A DNA stretch of 64,000 bases. It comes from the human T2T-CHM13v2.0 reference genome, Homo sapiens. Both the position numbers and the translations under genes were made by a program. Each line of letters starts with the position of its first letter. The stretch's first letter is position 1. The DNA lies in assembly GCF_009914755.1 (NCBI RefSeq), contig NC_060934.1; one strand, given 5' to 3'. Shown piece by piece: positions 29,440-43,572 of the stretch. Under the pieces are notes generated by a model, which made no database searches, was not told where the DNA came from, and saw only the letters and a program-made list of their open reading frames with translations.

Positions 29440-29880
29440 TTGGGGCTAACAGATATAAGAGATCATGTAGTCCAGCCTTCTCATTTTACAAGGGCCACAG
29501 GGGTAAAGTAACTTACCCAAGGTCACAAATTAGGCAGCAGCAGGACTGAGACTAGTATGTGGGGCCTTTGGCTCTTAGGCCTTGCTATTTCCACTTTACA
29601 CCCGGCCTCCTATGACGCCTGAACGCTCAGTGTTTCCCCTCCATACAAAGGGGGAGGGTCGGGGTAGATCCTGGGCTCAAGTCAGGGTGCCTCTCTGTAA
29701 TCCCAGCTTTACCACCTATGCTTGGCTGCAAGATGGAGCAATGCCTTAGTTTCCCTATCTACAAAGTGGGGTAATAGCTAAATTTATATTTTAATGTGGT
29801 GATAATTAAATAAAATAATTCATACACAGAACACAGCACTCGGTAAGACTTTCATAAATGTCAGCTATTGTTACTATCCT
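29440..29880. mobile_element. MIR fragments
   Basis: aagtaacttacccaaggtcaca (antisense); ccttagtttccctatctacaaagtggggtaata (sense). Confidence 0.6.
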
Positions 29881-30409
29881 TCCTCAAAACACTATTCTGG
29901 AGAGAGCACAAGCAGGCTTAGCGCATATTTTCCATAATCCTTTCTTCTGCTTATACATTTATTTATTTATTTATTTATTTCTGTTAGCTGCTGAACCAGA
30001 TTTTATTTAGCCATCTCTCTCTGGGCAAGTGTCTCTACTGTTAGTAAAATTATAAACCCTAAGCTATTGTTTCCTTATTATGTTTAAGGAAACAACACCA
30101 CAATGCTTATGATGTGTTCTTTCCTAACACTGACAGTGTTGGAAGGAGGCTTATTGTGATTAAAGAAGTTAATTAGTCATGCACAAGTAATGCAAATACT
30201 GTGGAGGAGAAGGGACCTCTATGGAGAGAAAAATGGCTTGAATTGCAGCCTTGAAGATAAAATTATAAATAAGACAAGGGGTTTACATGCATAAAATCCA
30301 TCATTTTAAAGAGAAATTGAGATATATGATTGGAAATGAAAAGGTCGTCTAAATGAAACACTGAATTTCATGTCTTATACTTACGAAGTGCTTAATAGGG
30401 ACTCAAAGG

Positions 30410-30585
30410 AATGGATATATGAATGGGTAGCAAGTGGATGGGTGGACTGACAGGTGGAAAGGTGGAAGGGTGGACAGTTGGATGCACAGGTGGGTGGATG
30501 AGTTTGTGGGTGAGTAGAAAAATAGGTAGACAGATGACTGAGGGAGGGATAAATGCAGGGGTATATTGGTGAGTAGGTAGACTAA
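30410..30585 (+). repeat. Degenerate (TGGA)n-type simple repeat
   Basis: Recurrent tgga/gtgg units. Confidence 0.65.
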
Positions 30586-30653
30586 AACAAAAGAATCACC
30601 TGATTTTAAACTATTAACTCACCTGGAGTGCCACTCCTCTGTCTGTCACTGCC

Positions 30654-31117
30654 TGTGATGGTTAATTTTATGTGTCAACTTGACTGGGCTAAGAGATGCC
30701 CACATAGCTGGTAAAACATTATTTCTGGTAGTGAGTGTTTGTGTGGGTGTTTCTGGAAGAGATTAGCATTTGACTCAGTGGACTGAGCAAAGATGATCTG
30801 CCCTCACTAATGTGGGTGGGCATCATCTAATATCCACTGAGAACCAGAACAGAACAAACAGATAGAGGAAGAGCAGATTCTCTCTCTCTTCTTGAGCTGG
30901 GACACCCATTTTCTCCTGCCCTTGGTTCTGTTCTTCTGGTTTTCAGGCTTTCAGATGTGGACTGAATTACACCACTGGCTTTCCTGGTTCTCCAGCTTGC
31001 AGAAGGCAGAATGAAGGACTTCTCATCCTCCATAATCACATGAGCCAGCCTCCATAATAGATCTCATATACTCATATATACCCTATTGATTCTGTTTCTC
31101 TGAAGACCCCTAACACA
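30654..31117 (+). mobile_element. MLT2 (B/C/D-like) ERVL solo LTR
   Basis: tgtgatggttaattttatgtgtcaacttgactgggctaag...ccctaacaca; perfect TSD CTGCC at 30649-30653 and 31118-31122. Confidence 0.92.
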
Positions 31118-31729
31118 CTGCCTGACATACAACTGTAAACACCCATGTAACATGAGGAGGAGGCTGTGAGTATGATGAGTGCAGACATTTCCCTGGGGGA
31201 CATCAGGCCTTTTGCATCCTGTCATGGATTCCAAGCCTGAATGCCTTGGGCACCTCCAGAAGTGCTGGCCTCCAGGTAAACCATTGCCACCCTGACTCTT
31301 ATGCTGGTCTGACTGTAGTTTGACCCAGTTCCCCACCTGCCCTGCTTTCTGGCTTTTCCACTGGACCATTTGGGACACAGGGGCCACCATCATCAAAACA
31401 CGATGCAGCACAGTCTCTTCTGTGAAGGCTTTTCTCACATTCTTACATCTGCAGATATGAAGCTGCACCCTGAGTATTCAGCTTCCCTACAGACTTCCTA
31501 AGAGGTGGGTTGTTTTTCATATTTTTCATACTATGTTTTGCGGAGCCTCAAATGAGTTTGGTGTCTTCCTCTCTTCCATTACCTGTGCCCCGTAAATATC
31601 CCAGCTTGTTGCAAGCCCCACCATCGAGCTATGCCATCTGCTGCCCCTCATTGCGACAATAATCCTCTTACTCTGATTCTCTCTCCCTTTTATTCTCCTT
31701 CATTCATTTCAGGTTTTAACATATAATCA

Positions 31730-31980
31730 CCTTAGCTAACACTTGAATAGTGTTTCCTACCTGCCAGGCACTCTTCTAAGTGCTTTCTGTGTATTAACTT
31801 ATCTTCACAGCAACCTTCTAAGGTAAGTACTGTTATTACTCCACATTCCAGAGGCAAGGAAAATGAGACAGAGACAGGCTAAGCAATATGTCTAAGGTGA
31901 TACTTTGTTAGTCATTGGTGGAGCCAGGATTTGAATTCAGTTAACCTGGCTTATTGTCTTCTTATACCTAAACACTTTGG
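31730..31980 (-). mobile_element. MIR
   Basis: tgccaggcactcttctaagtgcttt...gagccaggatttgaattcag. Confidence 0.75.
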
Positions 31981-32015
31981 TCATAATTCTTAGATAATTC
32001 CAATATCTTCTAGAG

Positions 32016-32168
32016 CAGCACTTTCCAACTGAATGTTCTGCAACGTTGGAAATGTTCTCTATCTGTTCTGTCCAATACAGCAGCCACCAGCCACATTTAA
32101 TTGTAGCCATTTTAAATTTGAGTACAGTAGCCACATATGGCTGGTTGCTGGTATACTGGACAGTGCCT
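32016..32168 (+). mobile_element. MER3 hAT-Charlie MITE
   Basis: cagcactttccaa...tgtccaatacagcagccaccagccaca...tggacagtgc; 8-bp TCTAGA-core flanks ttctagag/ctctagaa. Confidence 0.8.
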
Positions 32169-32444
32169 CTCTAGAATCCATTCAGTGCCTTTTAAGTTCC
32201 CTGGCCTGCTTGTGTCCAGTGATCACCACTTCCAGGCTGTTTAAGGCCCATGACTCCCATGGTCACACTCTTGTTCTTGTTTCTGTTGAACCTTCACTGA
32301 ATCCAAAGTCTCAAATCCAAGCTTCTCAGCCTGTGGCCCACATCATCTGTATTCCCAGGACATTAACTCCATTGCCACCCACTTCAACTCTTTTCACCAT
32401 GAGCCACACATTCCATTCATTTACTTTGCTCTATTTTTACTACC

Positions 32445-32484
32445 TGTATTAATAAGGGCTTTCCAGAGAAACAGAACAAATAGG

Positions 32485-32522
<38 letters not shown>

Positions 32523-33014
32523 CTCTGTGTCTGTGTGTGTGTACATACATAAGGAGATTTATTTATTATGGGGATTGGCTGTCATGATTATGGAGGCCCC
32601 AGAGTCCCTCAATATGTCATCTGCAAGCTGGAGAACCAGGAAAGCTGGGAGTATAATTCAGTCTGAGTCCAAAGTCCTGAGAGCCAGGGGTGGGGATTGC
32701 TGGGGTGAGTTCCGGAATCCAAAGGGAAATTCTCAACCAGGAGCTCCAACGTCTGAGGTCAGGAGAAGATGGATGTCCCAGCTCAAGAAGAAAAAAATTG
32801 CTCTTCCTTCATTTTTTGTGTTCAGTTTGGGACCTCAACAGATTAGATGACGCCCACCCGTGTTGGTGAACATGATCTTCTTTACTCAGTCTACCAATTT
32901 AAACGCTAATCTCTTCCAGAAACATTCACCCAGACATGTCCGGAAACAATGTTTTACCAGCTCTCTGGGCATCCCTTAGCCCAGTCAAGCTGATACTTAA
33001 GATACAGTATCACA
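32445..33014 (-). mobile_element. MLT2 ERVL solo LTR with internal (TG)n
   Basis: tgtattaataagggctttccagagaaacagaac...ccttagcccagtcaagctga...atcaca; TSD ctacc/ctgcc. Confidence 0.9.
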
Positions 33015-33099
33015 CTGCCTAATACCCCTTATGTGCATAGTTCTTGACTAGCTTGGAGATGATTGACCCACCACTACAATTATGCCTTACAGAGAAGTT

Positions 33100-34185
33100 T
33101 TGAGTGTGTAGCTAATGGTATTTAGGCTTTGAGGTCTCCACAAACAGGGGCCTCTTCCAAGGACCTAAAAGAGGCTCTAGCAATGTGTTCACAGGTCTCA
33201 TGCTAATTGTAAAATTTGCAATTGTGAGATATTAAACCATAGGGAGTTACAATCACTTGTCTCTTCCTCCTCAAATTTCCCCTCTGTTGCACATCCCTTT
33301 TGGTGGGTGGGACTGGTGGGTGGGGCTGGTATAGCCACAGGCAGTTTTGGGGTATGGCTAAGGGGAAGTTGAGTGGGGCATGCATCTAGTTTGGGTTTAG
33401 AGGGATAACATCTAGGTATGGATACACTATTGCTAGCTGTCTTCATGTAGAAATGGCTTCCAGGAATATGCCTCCTGACTATTGTGCTGATTTACCCATC
33501 ATTATGACATGAGAGGCCAGGGCCAGAGGTTATATCGTGATCTGATCATGTCCTACAGTGCTCAGCACAGGAAGTATATGAGTAGTGGGGGAGAATTGAG
33601 CTTGAACTCTATAGATCTAGAAGTGAGTGTGGAAATTTCTCGTAGATGCCTTGCCAGAAAGAATATCCTCAATGATGCAACATTTACAATTAGAAACACA
33701 ATATGTATTTTTATGGGCATCATGTGTAATAGAATTTGTCAAAATGTCTCTATTTGTAGCATAAAACCTATAGGAGTATTACAAACAATAAGAGTATCTG
33801 TGTGAAGTCACATGCTTTATTTGCCCCAACCATCAGTAAGAACAAATAAATATCAATCAATCTTGTTAAAAGAAAGGCTGAGTTATCTTTTTGTTCTCTG
33901 TATAGAAAATATCACAAAATTGTTGGCACATAAATAGGTGAAAAAGTAAGGAAATTAATATAATAAAAAGTTGTGTTCTTTAGTAAAAGTTATTTTCATG
34001 GATTAAGTGATGTTTCTGGGATGTGTTGAGTTTCAAAATTTGTGATTTGTCATGATCTATTTTATCATTCTAAACAAATATTCACTTTTGTTTTTAATTT
34101 TATATTTGTGATTTTGTAAACTTTTTCTTAAAGACGGCACCCAAAAGTGTTAAGTTTCAGGCCCCATAAAACCTGGATTCCCCTG
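33100..34185 (+). mobile_element. hAT-Tip100 (Zaphod-like) DNA transposon remnant, internally deleted
   Basis: Terminus ggccccataaaacctggattcccctg; 33851-33910 translates YQSILLKERLSYLFVLCIEN, which resembles the hAT C-terminal dimerisation motif (RSTM..ERL..L..LSIE). Confidence 0.7.
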
Positions 34186-34189
34186 GATG

Positions 34190-35600
34190 CCAAAGCATGA
34201 ACCTCAATTCTGCTGCTCCTCCCCACTTCTTCACACACACCTGTCAATGTCCCAGCCCTTACTAATCCAGGTCACCTGTGTGCTGACACCCACACACCTG
34301 AAAGTGTCTGGACAAAGATCCACAACTGGGATGGCTGTTTCTGACCTCAAAATGAGCACTTGGCCCTCCTCCCACCTGTGCTGTGTTTTCTTGGTAAATT
34401 CACTTTCCACGCTTCTTGATGACACCTCACACCTTCACTTTCAACAAATCTCCAGCAATTTCACCTGCCCACCTTCTTTAACAGATGACCCCCCTTTCTT
34501 ATTTCACTGATAAAATAGATGGAATGGCCCCATCTTCCTGAATCTACCAATATGATTCCTCTGTGCCCTTCTCTCAGCCTCCCATCGGTCACAATGGAAC
34601 TGTGATGGTTACTCTTCAAGCCAGCCACTCCCCATGGGCACCAGCCCCAGCCTTTCCAGAAGACAAGAGAATCTGAGAGTAAAAGGTGCTGTGGGAGGTC
34701 CCTCGGCCCACCCTGGAGGCCACCAGGGACAGTTCTCTTACATGCCAACAGCTTCCTGGTTCTCTGTCCAAGGGTGTTCTCTGGCTGGGGGTTGAGGGTG
34801 ATCTGGCCCAGATATAATTTCTGGAATGGCCCAGAAATTATAACCGGGAGCAACCCTCAGTTAACAAGGGATGAGAGTTAGTGGACAGACACATCAGTGT
34901 CCTTGCCCTTTCTGGGGCAAGTGCTGATTTACCCATCATCAGAGCAGTGCTAATTCTGAGAGTTCCCAGGTATCTGGAGGCCCAGTTGTCCACAGAGGTT
35001 AATACATCTTCTATTGACTTTCTTCCCTCCCTTGCTTTACTTTCTCATGCCCACACTGATTTCTTGGGACTATATCACCCAAATCTTTGCTCAGGGTCTT
35101 CCCAGTCTTCAAACTGCACTCCAAACTCATCTTGTTCTTGCTACCTTCACCAGTGCCCACTCCAAGCTACCTTCACTTCCCACCTGCAATATTGTGATAG
35201 CTTCTCACTTCCTTTCCGTCTGCTTCCACTTTTGCTCCAAGGTAGTCTAATTACACAGAACAACCAGAGTGAGCTTGATCTTTGAAATGCAGAAATCAAA
35301 TCATGTGATTGCTCTGCTTAAAATCTTTGGATAATTTCCTACCAAATGTGGCGTAAAATCCAAGCAACTCACCACCGCCCCTTCCCCCTCTCTGGCTGCA
35401 TTTCATACCCTCTCCCTCTCACCCAACCTCCATTCACATGAGTCTTTCCTCTTGAAAATGCCAAACAGGACTGAGCTATTTGTTTACTTGTTTATTACCT
35501 GTGACCCCCATTAAAGCATTAGCTCCCTGAGGGCAGGGACTCTGTGTTGGTCACCACTGTACTCCCAGCTGGACCTGTGGCTGCAGCTTTGCACAGTCCG
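34190..35600 (+). mobile_element. L2 fragments interrupted by an LTR16-like LTR (about 34640-35100)
   Basis: L2: aaatcaaatcatgtgattgctctgcttaaaa, agctccctgagggcagggac; LTR16-like: agggtgttctctggctg, cccagttgtccacag. Confidence 0.6.
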
Positions 35601-37391
35601 TGTGCACATATGTCTGGCTCTGGCTATCATGTGCCAGGCACATTGCTGCTCACATGGTTGAGCGTGTGATGAAGACTGTTCTCCAACATGACCATAGATA
35701 TATTCTTTCATTTGTCTACGCACTGCGGTCCCTCCCTCGGCAGTGCCTGCATTTGACTTGATTTTCTTTCTAGCATTGGTATGTTTGCATTGAGCCAGAC
35801 ATGCCTGCCTCCTGGTCCCCTTGTAGGACCAGTGGCACTGCCTTGAGACTGTTGCTTGCCAGGACCCATTTAGATTACCCCAATAGTGAGATGTAAGTAT
35901 ACTCCCCAAATTAGGAGGACAGAGATCAGTGGTAGAGCTGGGCCTCATAAGAGAACTGGGAGGACATTTGGGTTCCGCCACCATTCTGGAGGCCACATTA
36001 TTGCATCTCCCAGTTGCAGCAGCCATTCATTGCTCCCTGTCCTGGAGTTCAGCTGTCATGGAAGCAATACGTTCTGCCTATTTTAGCCACTACTGTGAAC
36101 TTCTACTTCCTCATAGCTTCTGTGCATGTGGAATTGCTACTAGTGTGTGGTTTGCATTACTTTATGATTATTACCACTCTGCCTTCCAAAATAGAGCAAA
36201 CGCTTGATTTATATACATGGAGCTGGTTCCTTGTTGTTGCCAATAGTGAAGGAAATACGGGTTTTGTAGGTTTGCAATGTAAACTACTCTTGATCAAATT
36301 AATGCCCAAATTAGTGAGGCTGTGAACAGAACACCCAACAGTTTACATGGGGAGTCAGATTCACTAAGTCATTTCCTCATTAGAGGAGAAATCACCTTGA
36401 ACAGCCACCAAAGCCTTGGTGAAATTAGCTTTTTAAAACAATCGAATGCATCCTTTCATCTTTTATGCTGCTATAGACTTAAAAGCTAGTAAAATAAGAA
36501 AGGGAGAAATTAGGTTGACTGTAATCCTTTAGTAGAGTTAAACACAGAGCCCTCAAAGGTATTATGGAGCTACTTTACAGAAAGAGCTAAATAATTAATT
36601 CATTTTATATATCCTCGTATGGCACCAAATGCCAAATCTCTTAAAAATATTGTAACATTTGTTTCTGAGTTTCTCAGGAAAGTTACACAAGGAAGCATTT
36701 TAGGTGATGTTCAGCTTCTCTAAAACATTTTACCCCGGCCATCCCAATGAGGTGAACGTTGTCTTGGGGACTGTATGGACAAACCCTGGGCCCTGGGGCT
36801 GGGCTATATCAAGGAGGAGGGAGAAGATTGCCCTCTTCTCCTTTTCTTGGGAGAAATATCTCCTGACTTACAGACTGGTGAAGAAGCTTAGAGTCTGTGA
36901 AACTGCGGGCTTAGTCTTGGAAGTCTGGGTCTTTAGTTCATGGGGAACTGGAAGTTATCCAGAGGAACACTGGGGAGTGGGTATGGTGCCTGTCCTGACC
37001 CTAATCATTTATTTAGGGCAAGGCATTCATTCATAAACAAATGTTTCTGAGCCCCTGCTGTGTATGGATGCTGTGCTGGGTGCTGGGGTGATCTGGTGGT
37101 CAGCATATCAGACCTGGTCCTTGCCTTTTGAGGCCTGCATTCTAATGAGACAATAGCTGAGCACAAACACACGCCTTCAGAAGTGCCTATGAAATAACCT
37201 GTGCTTGAGGGAGATTAGCAGACAAGACCTTCTTATTGCATTTAAGCTGAAACCTGGAGATGAGATGGGAAGTGGTAGGGGAGCATTTCTAGGGGAGGCA
37301 AGGGCTTGTGGAAGAGCTGAGAAGAGGTCAGTGCATTTCAAGAATTGGGGAAGGCAGGTATGGCTGGGTTGCTGGGGGAAGGAGGAAAGAG

Positions 37392-38250
<859 letters not shown>

Positions 38251-39135
38251 AGAGGCACAGTTGATGGGGGAAGAGAGAAGAGGCTCTTCCATGGAGGGCT
38301 GTGGGCCATGATGAGGTCTTAGGATTTTATTCAAAATGCAATGAGAGAGGCTGTTGAAGAGTTTTAGGCAAGAAAATGACATGAACTGATTTATATTTTA
38401 AGCAATTTGCTCTGGCATCTTTGTGAATAATCATGTCTCTCCTCTCTGCTTGGGAAGTAAGCTGAGAATTTGAGTGTCTCCCATTCCATAAACGAAAGCT
38501 TGTGTGAGGTTAGGCAGTCAGCAGAGAACTGTGGGGGTTATTTGGAGAGACCTCTGCCATTAGTTCCTAGAGGCAGAAGCTGAGAGGGGCTGACTACCAC
38601 AGTGGCCACTGCTGAAACCAAGCCCAGCTGACACTCAGAAGGAAGGATAAAGAAACCAGGTGTCCACACAGGGCAGACGCTGCCTTAGCCAACTGCTATC
38701 ATGCTTCAGGTTACCCTCCTGGACAGGGAGCGTGGGTAAGGCGACTGCAGGAGCCAGAGCACCAGGAGCTCCAGAGAGACGAAGGAATAACAACTTCCCT
38801 CGGTTCTCAATGTGGGAGCCCAGAGGAGAAATCCTCAGGGCCAAAATGGCAGAGACCTTTAGGGAGAGGAAAGATGGAGTCCCTCCTGCCCAGTGGACTA
38901 ATGCCATGGCCAACCTCAACATTTGTGTCTAATTCCACCCCCCACCCACCCCCAGTCCTAAGATTGAAGTGGAAATGGGCCATGGGACAAGCCAGGAGTA
39001 ATGTGGAAAGTGGACACTGGGGTTGGTTGTCTCCACTGGAAGCCAAGGGCTCCATTCTGAATTAGGAAATGTACCCTGAAGGCAGATGGCCCTCCCCATG
39101 GCATGCAGTAGCTACCACTTTAGAAGCAGGAGCCT

Positions 39136-39428
39136 GGCTGGGTATGGTGGCTCACACTTGCAATCCCAGCACTTTGGGAGGCCGAGGCGGGCAGATCACG
39201 AGGTCAGGAGATCAAGACCATCCTGGCCAACATGGTGAAACTCCATCTCTACTAAAAATAAAAAAATTAGCTGAGTGTGGTGGCACATGCCTGTAATCCC
39301 AGCTACTCAGGAGGCTGAGTCAGGAGAATTGCTTGAACCAAGGAGTCAGAGGTTGCAGAGAGCCAAGATTGCACCACAGCACTCCAGCCTGATGACAGAG
39401 CAAGATTCGCTCTCTCTCAAAAAAAAAA
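39136..39428 (+). mobile_element. AluSc-like
   Basis: gatcacgaggtcaggagatcaagaccatcctggcc; 13-bp TSD AGAAGCAGGAGCC. Confidence 0.92.
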
Positions 39429-39449
39429 AGAAGCAGGAGCCCAAGGGCA

Positions 39450-39990
39450 GTGCTTTTAATGAAAGTGCAAAGGAAGAGAAGCTCTAAGAGGAAAATAAGC
39501 AAATTTCAAGAAAGATGAGAAAATAAATTTGTGGATGATTCACTTGCACTATGTTGAAATGGAAGATCTTAATCATAGTGAGTACCATGAATAGAAAACA
39601 ACATGAAACTGTGTAAAAACATTAGAGATCATGAAGGGAAGGACACAACAGGGAAAGAAGTCAGAGAAATGAGTGAAAGGTTAATTCCAACAAGTGCTTT
39701 GCTGTATGGAAGAACTTAAATTCAGTAAAGCAAGAGCTTAAAGAAGAGATTAAAATATTAACAGATATCAGGTCTTAGATAAGAAAGAAACAGAACTTTA
39801 AAAAAATTAATGAAGTTGTAAGAAAGAGAATAGACTTGGCTAAAAACAAGTTAAGAGAGCTGGAATAGAAGGCTGAGGTAATCATGATGAACACAGCACA
39901 CAGAACCCACTATGGTAAATGTATACCTGTGTAACAAACCTGCACATTCTGCACATGTATCACAAAACTTCCAGGCAAATTTAAAAAAAA
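39450..39990 (+). mobile_element. Old L1/HAL1 ORF1-like A-rich remnant plus a short L1PA 3' tip (about 39905-39990)
   Basis: agaatagacttggctaaaaacaagttaagagagctggaa is ORF1-like; gtaacaaacctgcacattctgcacatgta is an L1PA 3' end. Confidence 0.5.
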
Positions 39991-40585
39991 GAAAATCTAC
40001 TCTTAAGTAAACCCAACAAGTTTTCTGGCTGGCCTAATATTAAATTATCTGCATTTGCTTAATAAAAAAAAAAAGAAAAAAATGCCTGTTTGAATAGAAT
40101 ATTGCGCTGAATCATTTGGTTCTCAAGTGCTATAGGCACTTGGAGGTATTACAATAAATTAGGAGGTCATCTATCATTTCCGTCTCCATTGGAGGATTGT
40201 GATGCCAATATCCAGGCTGTACTGCAAAATTCCAATATCGTGGAACACCTGGCTGTTCTCTAATTTGAGGAGAGAAGCCGATCACCTCTGCACAAACACA
40301 TTCCATTTCCATAGACAATTCAGCAGCATAGATGGAAACGCTTCAGGACACATCCCAGGACTTGCACCATCAGCCAAGCTCTGCGTTCACCTCCCTGAAA
40401 AGCAATCATCCTGGTGTTCATTATCTAGAACTTTCTAAGAATGGACCATTTTATTTTAGAAAAGAATGGCAACAAGAGTTAAGATCAAGTTTTAACCAGT
40501 ATTTAACATACCTTTCCCTCAACCTATTTAATACACCATGGGCTCACTACAGGAGTGTTGAAATTTCTGTATAAGAGTCACTGCT

Positions 40586-41032
40586 CTTGCGATAGTTTAC
40601 TGAGAATGATGATTTCCAATTTCATCCATGTCCCTACAAAGGACATGAACTCATCATTTTTTATGGCTGCATAGTATTCCATGGTGTATATGAGCCACAT
40701 TTTCTTAATCCAGTCTAACAAAAAACCAAACACCACATATTCTCACTCATAGGTGGGAATTGAACAATGAGAACACATGGACACAGAAAGGGGAACATCA
40801 CACTCTGGGGACTGTTGTGGGGTGGGGGGAGGGGGGAGGGATAGCATTGGGAGATATACCTAATGCTAAATGACGAGTTAGTGGGTGCAGCACACCAGCA
40901 TGGCACATGTATACATATGTAACTAACCTGCACATTGTGCACATGTACCCTAAAACTTAAAGTATAATAATAATAAAAAAATAAAAATAAAAATAAATAA
41001 TAAATAATAAATTTCTAATAAATTAAAAAAAA
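40586..41032 (+). mobile_element. L1PA2/3 5'-truncated insertion with 5' inversion (40586-40717 inverted)
   Basis: 13-bp TSD AAGAGTCACTGCT at 40573-40585 and 41033-41045; GAG (not ACA) at the Ta diagnostic site. Confidence 0.95.
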
Positions 41033-41398
41033 AAGAGTCACTGCTTTGAAGAGTCAACACTGAAACGCCAGTTTTGGCATGTTCTGATGCAGTCGAAATT
41101 GTCTAAGTTGGTGTTTGAGGACCCCCATTGCCTGGGCCCTGTCTGCCTCTCCTGTGTCATCTCCTCCCAGTGCCCACATCAATCATCCTTCATGCTTGAG
41201 CAATGCCAATCTGCTTGTCTCGAATCTTCATGCACTCACTCATGCCTTTATCATTGCTTGGAATGCCTTTCTCATCTTTCTTTGCTGAAATACTCCTACT
41301 TGTTATCATCTATCTCTCCAGAAATCCTTCCTAGACTCTTCTGGCTAAGCAAAAGACCCCTAATTTTTGAACTCATAAGTCTCTGTTTATGGCACAAA

Positions 41399-41690
<292 letters not shown>

Positions 41691-42667
41691 TATGGCACTA
41701 TTTTTATCAGTCACCAGATGAGACTGATATTATGTGTGCATGTGGCAGTCTCTTAAACTGGATGAGAAGCTCCAAGAAGACCTTGTGGTCTATCTCTTAT
41801 TGGCCTTCATCATCCAGGCCTTAACACAGGGGATAACTCTTCTTAGCGGCTCAAAATGCTTACTGAATTGAAATGGGAAACGCTTCCCTTCTCAAGACCA
41901 CATTCTGTGCTCTCTTCCTCTCTCCTGCAGTCAGTGTGTGCTGGGCACACAGTGCCTGGACAGGTCACAGTTGCTGCTGGGACTGGTAAGGAGGGCAGGA
42001 ATGAGATAGAAGCCAGGCCACCCAGGAAAATGTGAATCTGATGAGAACCCAGTCACAGCTGAAGTGCCCAAGCACTTCAGTTAATCAAGACATTATTGTA
42101 TTGATGTGACTAAAATTCATCGAACCAAAAATGGTTTAGCCTTCCCCTATGTTGAGCTAATCTATTTCAGAATCTTCAAAAGAAAACCAAAAACCACATG
42201 GGTGATTCATTATCCACAGCAGAGAAGGAAAAATTCCAATGGAGCTTACTCTTCCCCTTATCACCGGGTAATGCTATGAATTTGCCCTTATTTATAGAAA
42301 TGCTGAGTTTCTTTTCTCATGAGCTGTGAGACTAAGGATTGAAGAACACATTTTCTTTTACTTCCTGGGGAGGGTAAGGAATAGTCGACAAGGAAAGGAA
42401 AAGACATGCATTGACCCAAAGCAGGCTCAAAGCCAAATGGTGGAGGGCACACATAACAGACGTCCTAAACCTTGGATGGTGCTTACATGCTCAGCCACGA
42501 ATAAGTCAGGAGTCTGAATCCACAAACAACTGGCCAGGTGAATGAGGATGCAATCAGGGCAAGCTAGAAATGCTAAGATGGCCTGGATCAAGCCATGTGC
42601 CCAGCAGGGTTTTTAGCTGAGAGGGGCCTCCTGTGAAACCTTATGGGATAGCTCCCAGGGGAACCTC

Positions 42668-43572
42668 TTCCTTTTCTTTACTTTTATCTTTAATTGAGAA
42701 ATAATAATTGTATATATGTATAGGATATAATATGATGTTTTGACATGCATATTTATGTTGTGGAATGATTAAAGCAAGCTAATCAGCAAATTAATCAACT
42801 CACATACTTACCTTTCTTGTGGTAAAATATTTAAAATCTACTCTTTCAGTAATTTTGAAATTCACCTTGCATTATTTATTATATAGTCACCATTCTGTCC
42901 AATAGATGACTAAAGTTTATTGCTCCTGTCTAAATGAAAGACCTTGAAAAGCCAAAGCAATCTTGACCAAAAAGAACGAAATTGGTGGCTACCTGATTTC
43001 AAAATCTATGACAATTTTGTAGTAATCTAAACAGCATGGTACCAGCATAAAAACAGACACATTGACCAATGCAACAGGATAGAGATTCTAGAAATAAACC
43101 TATGCATTTAAAATTAATTGAATTTTGGCAAAGTCGCCAAGAACATACATTGAAGAAAGGACAGTGTCTTCAGTAAATGATGCTAGAATAACTGAATAGC
43201 CACAAGCAGATGAATGAAATTGGACCCCTATCTAACATCATACACAAAAATTAACTGAAAATAGATCAAAGACTTTAATGTAACTTGAAACTGTAAATAT
43301 ACTAGAAGAAAACATAAGGGGAAAGTTTCACAACGTTGGTTCAGCAAAGGTTTCTTGGATATGAATTCAAAAGCACAGGCAACAAAAGCAGCAATAAATA
43401 AATAGGATTGCACCAAACTAAAAAGCTTTGCACAGCAGGAGAAACAATACATAGAGTGAAGAGACAACCCACAGACTGGGAGAAAATATTTGTAAATCAT
43501 ATATCTGATAAGGGGTTAAAATCCAAAATGTATAAAGAATTCAAACAATGCAATAGCAAGAAAATAACCCAA
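42668..43572 (-). mobile_element. L1MA-like insertion with inversion: antisense 3' end (to about 42940) plus sense ORF2 piece
   Basis: TSD ccaggggaacctc (42655-42667) / ccagggggacctc (43573-43585); ORF2-like translation KKLCTAGETIHRVKRQPTDWEKIF. Confidence 0.85.

Noticed and set aside
30654-33014. Two MLT2 LTRs as the ends of one provirus
   Set aside because: They are in opposite orientations, have separate TSDs and enclose no internal ERVL sequence
40130-40440. Unique stretch with overlapping short ORFs, possibly an exon or pseudogene fragment
   Set aside because: No protein family recognised in the frames I read, and no exon or poly(A)/TSD structure
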